Source: Squalus acanthias (taxonomy: Eukaryota). Taken from it: 64,000 nucleotides of DNA. Below, in pieces: positions 13,329-25,299 of the stretch; the first letter of the stretch is position 1, and each line of letters starts with the position of its first letter. Under the pieces are notes generated by a model, which did not search any database, was not told the origin of the DNA, and worked only from the letters and a program-made list of their open reading frames with translations. The DNA is taken from positions 162,566,001 to 162,630,000 of the forward strand of contig CM059425.1 of assembly GCA_030390025.1 (NCBI GenBank), read 5' to 3'. A program made the position numbers and the translations under genes.

Positions 13329-14590
13329 GTGTAACTGGTAAAATAGATAGTAACTGGTAAAATAGATAAGGGAGAACCAGTGGATGTGGTGTATTTGGAC
13401 TTCCAAAAGGCTTTTGATAAGGTCCCGCATAAGAGATTAGCATGTAAAGTTAAAGCACATGGGATTGGGGGCAAGGTATTGACTTGGATAGAGAACTGGT
13501 TGGCAGACAGAAAGCAAAGAGTTGCAATAAACGGGTCTTTTTCCGAGTGGCAGGCAGTGACTAGTGGGGTACCGCAGGGATCGGTCCTTGGACCCCAGCT
13601 ATTCACAATATATATTAATGATCTCGACAAGGGAACTAGATGTAATATCTCCAAGTTTGCAGACGACACAAAACTGGGTGGGCGTGTGTGCTGCGAGGAG
13701 GATGCCGAGAAACTCCAGGATGATTTGGACAGGTTGGGTGATTGGGCAGAAGCGTGGCAGATGCAATATAACGTGGATAAATGCGAGGTTATCCACTTTG
13801 GTGTCAAAAACAGAAAGGCAGATTATTATCTGAATGGCAATAGATTGGGAGAAGGGGAAGTGCAACGAGACCTGGGTGTCCTTGTGCACCAGTCGCTGAA
13901 GGTAAGCATGCAGGTGCAGCAGGCGGTTAAGAAGGCAAATGGTATGTTGGCCTTCATAGCGAGAGGGTTTGAGTACAGGAACAAGGATGTCTTGCTGCAG
14001 TTGTACAGGGCCTTGGTGAGACCACACCTTGAGTACTGTGTGCAGTTTTGGTCGCCTTATCTGAGGAAGGATGTTCTTGCCATGGAAGGAGTTCAGCGAA
14101 GATTCACAAGGCTGATACCTGGGATGGCAGGAATGACGTATGAAGAGAGATTGGGTCGATTGGGCTTATACTCGCTGGAGTTTAGAAGAATGAGAGGGGA
14201 TCTCATTGAAACTTATAAAATTCTGACAGGACAGGACAAACTAGATGCAGGAAGGATGTTCCCGATGGTCGGGGAGTCCAGAACCAGGGGTCACAGTCTA
14301 AGGATAAGGGGTAAGCCATTTAGGACAGAAATGAGGAGGAATTTCTTCACCCAGAGAGTGGTGAACCTGTGGAATTCTCTGCCACAGAAGGCAGTAGAGG
14401 CCAATTCATTAAATAGATTCAAGAAGGAGTTGGATATATTTCTTAAGGCTAAAGGGATCAAGGGGTATGGGGAGAAAGCAGGGACAGGGTACTGAATTTG
14501 GATGATCAGCCATGATCGCATTGAATGGCGGAGCAGGCTAGAGGGGCCAAATGGCCTACTCCTGCTCCTATCTTCTATGATTCTATGATA
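13329..14590 (+). mobile_element. Young 5'-truncated CR1 LINE with an uninterrupted 371-aa RT ORF (13380-14495)
   Basis: Motifs [24 protein letters not shown] and KFADD. 3' UTR ends in (TTCTATGA)n. Possible TSD ATACT at 13324-13328 and 14588-14592. Confidence 0.95.
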
Positions 14591-14591
14591 C

Positions 14592-16520
14592 TTCTTCCAG
14601 AGGCAAGGTAGCTCCTCAATTTAATGATGAGTCTCTTCATGCTCTTGTGGGTGCTGTCAGAGGGCGCAGGGAGATTTTCTTCCCTCCTGATGGCCGGTGG
14701 AAGCCTCCTCAGCAGACCAAGGCAGCCTGGCTGTGCATTGCTGAGGAGGTCAGCGCAAGGTCCGTATGTTCATGCTTATGGATCCAGTGCCGCAAAAGGT
14801 TTAATGATCTTGTGCGAACATCAAAAGTGAGTATCCCATCACACTTACCTTCAATCTGCTTCCCTTCACTTCTCATCACCAGCACTCTGCGTTGTAAGCC
14901 TCCTCCTTCACATCCCACCTTACTCTTACTTCCCTTGCACCTATCCATCTCTGTCTCTGCACTGAATCACTTCAGCATCCTGCCTATGCACCCCTTAGAC
15001 TCGCTCTCACTGTCATGCAGTGACAACAACTAACAACGCACAGGGAACTAGCTTCTCTTGGCACCTTACCCCATCTTTGTCTCCCTCAAAGCTTGTAAGA
15101 TAGGGATTCTTCACACTCACTCCATCACTGTGGCTGAAACACCGCTTGTGTCCCTCCTTGCAGGAAAGGATAGCCCACAATACGAGGGAGAGAGCAATGA
15201 CTGGAGGAGGAACAGCTACCCTAGCCACATTGACCAGTGCTGAGGAGGCTGAAAACAAGATTGTTGGAGGTGGCGAGGACCTGGAAGTGGGCGATGGAGA
15301 GATGGGCACACTAGAGGAAGCTGGTGACATAATAGAATTTCATCCCTCTCAGACTGCAATGGCATATGATGTTCATAGAGAATCGCGTTGTATCATCTGC
15401 TCAAAAGGATGCGTCGGCTACATCAATATCAGATGTCTAATTCAAGCCTTTACTCTCCCACAGGACCATCGAGCGCCCCCCTCCCCACGATCCAGAACGA
15501 AGAGCCGGACAACTCCTCAGAGGAACCTGAAGCCTCTGAGGGAGCAGCGTCACCAGGACTCAGCGCACCCAGCACCAGCGCAGCAACGCACACTTCGGTG
15601 CAGCTCTCGCGAGTTAGAGTAGTGTTGCCACCTGGTCTATCACAGCGCACAAGTGAGCATCAGCAGATGGTGGAGACGGCGACAGCAGTGGAGAGTCCTC
15701 TGCGGAGGTTGCAGGACTCTCCTAGCTCTGCTGAGCTGCATGTAGACGCTGTGCCTCTGGGGCCATCCAGAAAAAGAGCGTCTTGCGAAATACAGGAACA
15801 AGTGCAGGAGTCTCTGGAAGGGTTTGCCTCCAGGGTTAGTGCGAGTGTGGAGAGAATGGAGGAGTCCAACTGTAACATCAGCACTGCAATGGTGGAGGCA
15901 ATGGTGCATGAACGCACCACCATGGATAGGATGGCAACCTCCATGGATAGGATGGCAACCTCCATGGATAGGATAGCTACTGCCATGGAGGAAATAAGTT
16001 GACAGAGTCAGGAAAACATAGTGACTGTTCAAAATAGAATGTCATCTCTGGAGGAGCGATGGGCAGCTATTGAGCAGAGAGACCAGAGCTTCATGGACGT
16101 CCTTTTGATGAGGACTGCCAGTGCAGATACGGGTCCTCATGGTCCCCCTGAAGTGCAGCAAGGTGCTCTCCAGCCACTTGTCAGCACTGAGGTGCGGCTG
16201 ACCCATGAGAGGGATGTTGTTGGCAGGACACAAGGAAGTGTGGGCTCCTCTCAAAGCGCTCACACGACCATGCCACTGCGGAGCCCTCGTTCAGAGACCC
16301 ACTTTGCGGAGACAACTGAATGGCCGTTTCAGCCCCTGCACAGCCGCAGGAAGAGCAGACTGTTGAAGAGCCCTCCCAGGCTCCCAAACCCAGAGGACGC
16401 CCGCCAAAGGCGTCTAAGCAGGCGCAGCATCCTAGTCAGCAAGGTGCCTCTACATCTGCTGAAGCCACAGGCGAAGAACCACATAGAAGCACGCGTAAGA
16501 GAAAGATTAAGCACATATAG
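14592..16520 (+). pseudogene. Harbinger Myb/SANT-like (MSANTD/NAIF1-type) gene; exons ~14592-14826, 15164-15323, 15464-16520
   Basis: Motif APQFNDESL..W..IAEEVS..QCRKRFNDL. GT-AG introns keep the frame. One stop (16000-16002) and one frameshift (~16300) in exon 3. Confidence 0.8.
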
Positions 16521-17159
16521 TCACAAGGGGACTCATGTGGGTGTTTGGTCTTTTTTTCTGACTGTTGTTGGTTTATTATCCTTTTGTCATGTGTAAAAGA
16601 AAAATTAGTTGATTATGTGGCCTATGTGTTCAGGGCGACTTGCTTTTGTAATGCTGATGGAGAAAGTGATAGGAAATAACAGGGTATAGCAGAGATGTTG
16701 TATGACGTTGGACAAATGTTGCCTGCAATTACAGAGCCATATGGTAGCAACCTATGGTTGAAGAGTAAGTTTATGCTAATGTGGCATGGCAGTGTGCATA
16801 CCCTGGTTGCCGAGCAGCAGTGAACTGGAGTGGTGCTGCATTGGTCACAACAGGGCATGCAATGCGCCCCTCGTCCTCCTCCTACTCCTCTTCCCAGGAA
16901 GATCTGCACTGAGCCACATGGCTGCTGCTCCTCCGATTATGAGGACCAGGATGAGAGGGCATAAATGTTTCCCATCCCCTTGACATAGATTTCATTTGAG
17001 GCAACAAGCTTGCAAGCGCACAGTCGAAGTGGTCTGAAATTATTGCATTCAGGTCACACTGCAGGTGGGTGTCAGCTTGAACAGTCACAAGGTCAGTAGA
17101 TGTGCAAAATCTTATCCCATACCTACAACCGCAAAGTTGTTGCATTTAAAATCAAAAAA

Positions 17160-20100
17160 ATGTATTCGTTTTATGGGATGTGGGCGTCGCTGGCAGGGCT
17201 AACATTTATTGCCCATCCCTAGTAGCCCTTGAGAAGGTGGTGGTGAGCCGCCTTCTTGAACCGCTGCAGTCCATGCGGTGAAGGTACTCCCACAATGCTG
17301 TTAGATAGGGAGTTCCAGAATTTTGACCCAGCGACGATGAAAGATTGGCGATATACTTCTAAGTCAGGATGGTGTGTGACTTGGAGGGGAACTTGGAGGT
17401 GGTGGTGTTCCCATGCGTCTGCTGCCCTTGTCCTTCTAGATGGAAGAGATCGTGGGTTTGGGAGGTGCTGCCGAAGAAGCCTTGACGAGTTGCTGCAGTG
17501 CATCTTGTAGATGGTACACACTGCAGCCACGGTACGCCGGTGGTGTAGAGAGTGAAGGTTTAAGGTGGTAGATGGGGTGCCAATCAAGCGGGCAGCTTTA
17601 TCCTGGATGGTGTCGAGCTTCTTGAGTGTTGTTGGAGCTGCACTCATCCAGGCAAGTGGAGAGTATTCCATCACACTCCTTACTTGTGCCTTGTAGATGA
17701 TAGAAAAGCTTTGGGGAGTCAGGAGGTGAGACACTCGCCGCAGAATACCTAGTCTCTGACCTGCTCTTGTTGCCACAGTATTTATGTGGCTGGTCCAGTT
17801 AAGTTTCTGGTCAATGGTGGCCCCCAGGATGTTGATGGTGGGGGATTCGGCGATGGTAATGCCATTGAATGTCAAGGGGCGGTGGTTAGACTCTCGCTTG
17901 TTGGAGATAATGATTGCCTGGCACTTCTGTGGCGCGAATGTTACCTGCCACTTATCAGCCCAAGCCTGAACGTCGTTCAGGTCTTGTTGCATGTGGGCAT
18001 GGACTGCTTCATTATCTGAGGAGTTGTGAATGGCACTGAACACTGTGCAGTGATCAGCGAACATCCCCATTTCTGACCTCATGTTGGAGGGAAGGTTATT
18101 TATAAAGCAGCTGAAGATGGTTGGGCCTAGGAAACTGCCCTGAGGAACTCCTGCAGCAATGTCCTGGGGCTGTGATGATTGACCTTCAATCACCACAACC
18201 ATCTTCCTTTGTGCTAGGTATGACTCCAGCCAGTGGAGAGTTTTCACTCCGATTCCCAGTGGCTTCAGTTTTACTAGGGCTCCTTCATGCCACACTCGAT
18301 TAAATGCTGCCTGGATGTCAAGGACAGTCACTCTCACCTCACCTCTGGAATTCAGCTCCTTTGTCCATTTTTGGACCAAGGCTGTAATGAGGTCGGGAGC
18401 TGAATGGTCTTGCCGGAACCCAAACTTCAACAGTGAGCAGGTTATTGGTGAGTAAGTGCTGCTTGATAGCACTGTCGATGACACCTTCCATCACTTTGCT
18501 GATGATTGAGAGTAGACTGATGGGGCGGTAATTGGCCGGATTGGATTTGTCCTGCTTTTTGTGGACAGGACATACCTGGGCAGTTTTCCACATTGTCGGA
18601 TAGATGCCAGTGTTGTAGCTGTACTGGAACATCTTGGCTAGAGGCGCAGCTAGTTCTGGAGCACAAGTCTTCAGCACGATAGCCGGGATGTTGTCAGGGC
18701 CCATAGCCTTTGCTGTATCCAGTGCGCTCAGCCGTTTCTTGATATCACGTGGAGTGAATCAAATTGGCTGAAGACTGGCTTTTGTGATGGTGGAGACCTC
18801 AGAAGGAGGCCGATATGGATCATTCTCCCGGCACTTCTGGCTGAAAATGGTTGCAAACGCTTCAGCCTTGTCTTATGCACTCACATGCTGGGCTCCACCA
18901 TCATTGAGGATGGGGATATTCATGGAGCCTCCTCCTCCTGTTAGTTGTTTAATGGTCCACCACCATTCACGACTGGATGTGGCAGGACTGCAGAGCTTTG
19001 ATCTGATCCTGTGTTGCAGTTTCCCCAGGTTGGCGCCTCATTTTTAGGTACGCCTGGTGCTGCTCCTGGCATGCTCTTAGAATCATAGAAAGTTACAGCA
19101 TGGAAGGAGGCCATTTCGGCCCATCGTGTCCGCGCCGGTCAACAAAGAGCTATCCAGCCTAATCCCACTTCCCAGCTCTTGGTCCGTAGCCCTGCAGGTT
19201 ACAGCATCCCAAGTGCACATCCAAGTACTTTTTAAATGTGTTTAGGGTTTCTGCTTCTACCACCCTTTCAGGCAGTGAGTTCCAGACCCCCACAACCCTC
19301 TGGGTGAAGAACTTTCCCCTCAAATCCCCTCTAAACCTTCCACCAATTCTACACTCCTTATTGAACCAGGGTTGGTCCACTGGCTTGATGGTAATGGTAG
19401 AGTGAGGGATATGCCAGGCCATGAGTTTACAGATTGTGGTGAATACAATTCTGCTGCTGCTGATGGCCCACAACACCTCATGGATGCCCAGTTTTGAGCT
19501 GTTAGATCTGTTCTGAATCTATCCAATTTAGTATGGTGGTAGTGCCGCACAACACGATGGAGGGTGTCCTCAGTGTGAAGACTTCGTCTCCACAATGAGT
19601 GTGCAGTGGTCACTGCTACCAATACTGTCATGGACAGATGCATCTGCGACAGGTAGATTGGTGAGGACGACGTCAAGTAGGTTTTTCCCTTCGTGTTGGT
19701 TCTCTCACCACCTGTCGCAGGCCCAGACTGCCAGCTATGTCCTTCAGGACTCAGCCAGCTTGGTCAGTAAATGTGCTACAGAGCTACTCTTGGTGATGGA
19801 CATTGAAGTCCCCCACCCAGAGTACATTCTGTGCCCTTGCTACTCTCAGTGCTTCTTCCAAGTGGTGTTCAACATGGCGGAGTACTGATTCATCAGCTGA
19901 GGGAGGGCGCTAGGTGGTAATCAGCAGGAGGTTTCCTTGCCCATGCTTGACCTGAAGCCATGAGACTTCATGGGGTCCAGAGTCAATGTTGAGGACTCCC
20001 AGGGCCACTCCTTCCCGACTGTATACCACTGTGCCGCCATCCCTGGTGGGTCTGTCCTGCCGGTGGGACAGGACATACCCAGGGATGGTGATGGAGGAGT

Positions 20101-20592
20101 TTGGGACATTGGCTGAAAGGTATGATTCTGTGAGTATGACTATGTCAGGCTGTTGCTTGACTAGTCTGTGGGACAGCTCTCCCAATTTTGGCACAAGTCC
20201 CCAGGTGTTGGTGAGGAGGACTTTGCAGTGTTGACTGGGCTGGGTGTGCCATTGCTGTGTCCGTAGCAGGTGCCGAGGTCGATGCCGGGTGGTCCGTCCG
20301 GTTTCATTCTTATTATGTTTCGTAACGATTAGTTACAACTGATTGACTTGCTAGGCCATTTCAGAGGGTAGTTAAGAGTCAACCACATTGCTGTGGGTCT
20401 GGAGTAACGTATAGGCCAGACCAGGTAAGGATGGCAGATTTCCTTCCCTAAAGGACTTTAGTGAAACTGATAGATTTTTATGACAATCCGATACTTTCAT
20501 GGTTACCATTACTGATACTAGCTTTTTATTCCAGATTTATTTAATTAACTGAATTTAAATTCCCCAGCTGCCGTGGTGGGATTTGAACTCAC
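17160..20592 (-). mobile_element. Near full-length CR1-group LINE (APE endonuclease plus RT, frameshifted) with a SINE-like 5' end
   Basis: ORF 19910..20194 (PDIVILTESYL, DRPTRDGG), 18339..18704 (PANYRPISLL) and 17219..18484 (GVPQGSFLGP, FADH). Confidence 0.9.
19079..19348 (-). mobile_element. CR1 3' fragment nested in the 17160-20592 LINE
   Basis: [24 protein letters not shown] segment plus CR1 3' UTR and (TAGAATCA) tail. Confidence 0.85.
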
Positions 20593-20936
20593 AAGGCATT
20601 GAGGAAATTCCCAGAAATTTGGAGATCCAGCACAAATGAATCTCTTCACACAGAATTATGCTGAGAGACTGTCAGCACCCCCGAGGACTTTCAGGGCCTC
20701 TGTCTGTGTGAATTTCTCAGTAATTTGGAGATGCTTAAACATGGTGTTTGGTTTCTGCCTATGACAAACACATAGCTGACCAAATCAAAAGTTACAATGC
20801 AATCAAAAGTAACTTCTAAAACAAAGTACATTTATGAATGACCATCCTTAATTGTGGCCAGAAATAACATTTCATAAATCAAAAAATACACTAAATTAAA
20901 CATAAATAAGTTCCTCATAAAAAGTGAGATATTAGC

Positions 20937-22692
20937 TATTAGCGACAAAGAAGGTGTTATATGCTTAGAGGCGCAGAGCAAGGCTAGAATACTCAATGAG
21001 TACTTTGTATCGGTGTTTACTAAGGAGGTGGATGCTGACAAAATATCAGTAGCAGTGGAAAAGGGAGAAGCAATGGAATGGGTGAAAATTGAGAGACAGG
21101 ATGTACTAGAAAGGCTGGGTATGCTTAGCGTGGATAAGTCGCCTGGTTAAGATGGCTTGCATTCCAGATTGCTAAGGGAATTGGGGGAGGAGATAGCGGA
21201 AGGGCTTGCCATAATTTTCCAATCTTCCCTAGGTGTGGGGGAGGTGCCTGAGGATTGGAAAGTGGCAAATGTGACATCATTGTTCAAGAAAGGGTGTAAA
21301 GTCAATCCTAGTAACTACAGGCCAGTCAGTTTAACATCAGTGGTGGGTAAAGGTTTAGAAACAATAATCAAGGAAAAAATTAACGGGCACTTGGAGAGGT
21401 TTAAGCTAATTAAGGAGAGCCAACACGGATTTGTAAAAGGCTAATGTTTGACTAATCTAATTGAATTTTTTGATGAAGTAACAGGGAGGATCGATGAAGG
21501 GAATGCAATGGATGTTGTCTACATGGATTTTAGGAAGGCGTTTGACAAAGTACCACATGGAAGGCTGGTTAACAAAATTGAGACTCATGGAATAGGTGGG
21601 TCAGTGGCAGCTTGGATAGGAATTGGCTTAAGGACAGAAAACAGCGAGTTGTGGTAAATGGCTGTTTTTCAGACTGGAGGATGGTAGACAGTGGTGTTCC
21701 CTAAGGGTCAGTGCTGGGGCCACTGCTTTTTTTGATATATATAAATGACCTGGCTATTGGAATACAGAGTAGAATTTCTAAATTTGCCGATGACACCAAA
21801 CTTGGGGGTGTGGCAAACAGTGAGGATGATACCAATCGACTGCAACAGGACATAGAAAGGCTAGCAGAATGGGCAGACAAATGGCAGATGAAATTTAATG
21901 CAGAGAAGTGTGAGGTGATGCATTTTGGAAGAAGGAACAGGGAGTGGCAATATACACTTAATGGCACAGTTTTAAAGAGTGTGCAGGGACAGAGGGACCT
22001 GGGAGTTAATGTGCATAGGTCCCTGAAGGTGGCAGGACATATTGAGTGATTAGCAAAGCATATGGGATTTTGGGTTTCATAAATAGAGGTATTGAGTGCA
22101 AAGGTAGAGAAGTTATGCTGAATCTTTATAAAGTGCTGGTTAGGCCACAACTGGAGTATTGCGTCCAGTTCTGGTCACTACACTTTAGGAAGGATGTGAA
22201 GGCACTTGAGAGGGTGCAGAGGAGATTTACCAGAATGGTTCTGGGGATGGGGGATCTTAGCTACAAGGGCAGGTTGGAGAAGCTGGATTTGTTTTCATTA
22301 GAGCAAAGGAGGTTGAGGGGTGATTTGATAGAGGTGTACAAGATTATGACGGGTTTGGATAGGCTAGACGGAGAAAGACTGTTCCCACTAATTGATGGTA
22401 CAAGGACTAGGGGACACAGATTTAAGGTTTTGGGCAAGAGATACAGGGGGGACGTGAGGAAAAACTTTTTTACGCAGCAAGTGGTGATGACCTGGAACTC
22501 GCTGCCGATGGAAGTGGTGGAAGCGGAGACACTCAATGTTTTCAAGGGGTGACTGGATAGGCACTTGAGGGAAATAAACTTGCAGGGCTACAGGGACAGA
22601 GCGGGGGAATGGGACTGACTTGATTGCTCTGCAGAGAGCCGGCGTGGACTCGATGGGCCGAATGGCCTCCTTCTGTGCCGTTATGACTCTAT
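20937..22692 (+). mobile_element. Degenerate CR1 LINE
   Basis: ORFs 21157, 21448, 21711 and 22046 carry NYRPVSLTS, DFRKAFDKVPH and KFADD. (TATGACTC)n tail. Confidence 0.92.
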
Positions 22693-23062
22693 GGGGGAAA
22701 AATTCAGTTGGTTGCGCCTCCCGTTAGCGCCTTAAGAGGGCGCTAATGGGGCGCAAAGCATTTAGCGCCCGGGAGCGGCGATGTTTGTGCCGCTCGCGAA
22801 ATTAACTAGACATTTTGCGGCGGCGCTAAACATTACTGCCACGATCTCCTGCGCCGGCAGATCGTGACGTCAGTCGAGTGCGCAACGCCCCGGTATCGCC
22901 CTGGAGCCGATATTGAGTGGCGCCCCCTGCCTTACCGCCTGCCGCTAGCAACGACAGGTTGAGGGGAGCGTTTTGCAGTCAGGAAGGGACTGGGGGAGTG
23001 CTATTTAAAGGCGACCGCTTCCTGCCTTTTATTGTTGGTGACATTTTTGAACTACGCATTCT

Positions 23063-23093
<31 letters not shown>

Positions 23094-23595
23094 CTGGAGA
23101 GATTCAATGCTGTGTGAAGGAGTTTTGGGTACTCAGCAGCACTTTGCAGGTTCATTTTGATTTGCCCTTCCTTGTATCGATTTAGAAGAGACTGTGGGGG
23201 CTGCACTCTGAGCTCTTTCCCTGGTACTCTCCATTGTTCTTTCCAGCAGATTTGATGTGCAGGTCTCTCCAGGCCGAGATTCAAGGCTGCAATGAGCAGG
23301 ATGTGGATGGAAAGCAAGATCAACCCTCCCCTTTAAGAACTGGCCCGTGCCATTGTGTGTGTGGTCCATTGCTGACTGACATCACATGAGCTTCGCCAGC
23401 GCTCTGAGGTAGCGCCTCGCTCCTCGGCCTTTGTGCCTTAAGTCAGGTGTGAAGCGCCTGATTTAGCGCTCCAATCACCTCCAGGGGCGATAAAAGTCAA
23501 GTTTGCAGTCGGTGGCGATAATTAGCGCCAGGCGCTAATCTTTGCGCCCGGCCGATAATTGCGCCCCAAACGGGGCGATCCTGAATTTCTCCCCC
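22693..23595. mobile_element. Non-autonomous Harbinger element inserted in the CR1 tail
   Basis: TIRs GGGGGAAAAATTCAG / CTGAATTTCTCCCCC (14/15). TAT TSD. Internal (GA)n at about 23063-23090. Confidence 0.85.
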
Positions 23596-24088
23596 TATGA
23601 CTCTAATACACAATATTAATGAATAAAACAATATATGTAGGCAAATTGTTAACCAATAATTGGTGATACAAATAGAGTTCTGTAAAGATATTAAAGCCTC
23701 ACTATTTTCTCTCACCATTGAAGAAATAAAATACAGGTTAAATTTCTGATGTTATGGGCCATTGCAAAGGGCAAGGGTGGGGGTGGAGGTGGAGGTTTGA
23801 CCTTAGGCCCTCCCTGCACCCGAATTACCCAGCTTGGCATTTTTAGCTGGACTAAAATGCTGTCATTGGAGGTTCTCAATGAGAAAGAGCTTCACCAAGC
23901 CTGCAAAAACTATGAAAATAAAGGATGCCGGTGATTTCCTGAGGACTGCTCAAGAGATCCGCAATCCTGGATATTGGCACCAAAAAAAGGATCACAGAGG
24001 AGGTGATTTCCTGGCCTTAAGAGTTTTTCTTCCTTAAAGCTGTGCTTTTTTGGGATTGTTTTGGAGATAATTCCATTTTTGACTTTCT

Positions 24089-24721
24089 GGGGTAGAAATT
24101 CGATCTTGCTGGCACGAACTGGGTGTCTCTGACCTGATTTAGATGGCACAGCAAGCTGCGGACACTTACTGAGCAGTTCACCGGTGAAGAGACTTCCAAT
24201 ATTGGGCCGCTGCATCACTGGCAATGGCACTCAGGTAAGTGCTTAAAGGGGAAAACGATCAGGGCAGAGGGAGGAGGGGGGCAGTTGGGCGACCGAGAGA
24301 GGCGGCCCAATCAGGAGGAGGGCGACTAGGAGTGGAGTAGAGGTGGCGATCAGGGCAGTTGAAATCGTGATCGGCGGTGGGGAGGTCAAGGTCGTGATTG
24401 GGGGAGAGCGGTGGCTTCCAGCAGCCCATGGGTTTAATGTGGGCTCAGGAGGAACATGTAGATTTGGTTTTACTGAACACAGCTGTCCCGACAACACAAT
24501 TTTGCACAAGGGTGCATCAAAGAGGCGTTAAACTCCTTATTTGCATGTGCAAAGTGCCTAACATCTGTTTCAGGCGTGGGCCCTGGACGCCTATTTTGTT
24601 GTCTTTACCAATATGGCACTTTTGGCTTGTAATGAGGGTGTGCTTCCTGCCCGTCATATTGGACGCTTAGGTGCCCGCTTAGCACTCGAAAAACAGTGCA
24701 GCACCATCTAATTTCCAGACC
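24089..24721. mobile_element. Non-autonomous Harbinger-like element
   Basis: Ends GGGGTAGAAATT / AATTTCCAGACC. TCT TSD. Confidence 0.65.
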
Positions 24722-25299
24722 TCTGGGTTGTTTTGCATTTTATTTGTTGGATTGGTTTAAAGCTTTGTTTTTAAAATTATTTGCAATTTTGGCCTTTTTG
24801 TGCATGTTTTATTCCACAGATTTTAGCACTGCTGAGAGCTTACAGCCAGCTTTAAACAACCTAATTGGGATAGATATTCCTTTAGAAAATCCTCTTACCC
24901 TTAGGGTATTCAGAGGATGAGGAGCAATTGTAGAGGAATGAGCAAAGGTGGAAGAATCCGCAGCTGATACAGCAGTGCAGCCATGGAGAATTCTTTGGTT
25001 TAATAAATGTTATAATGCGCCTATGCACAAGCAGCCCTGACGACATGTACCCAATGAACTGGTCCACTAAACACCATTTTTACTTAACTTCTATCATGCA
25101 TGCCTGTCCATTCATCTGCTGCTACCTAAATCTGTATAATTATAAATTAACATTTTAGCCAAATTTTTTATTCAAAAATTGCTATTCATACCTGTGTTTT
25201 GCAATTTTTTTTTACCCTGATGCTTCCCCTTGGTGACTGTGTTTGGTAAGTATCTTAATCAATTTAGTGATGCTTCTAAGTTCTATTCCAATGGGGGAA

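Larger units (their letters stand above)
13065..17118 (+). mobile_element. PIF/Harbinger element carrying a three-exon Myb/SANT gene, disrupted by a CR1
   Basis: Left end GGGCTCGATTTT and its subterminal region are homologous to the element starting at 48474. The right end AAAATCTTATCCC is tentative because no matching TSD was found. Confidence 0.7.

Noticed and set aside
13301..14027. Long antisense ORFs (168 aa, 142 aa) and similar ORFs opposite other LINEs
   Set aside because: They are shadow frames of CR1/RTE coding sequence with no independent gene signals.
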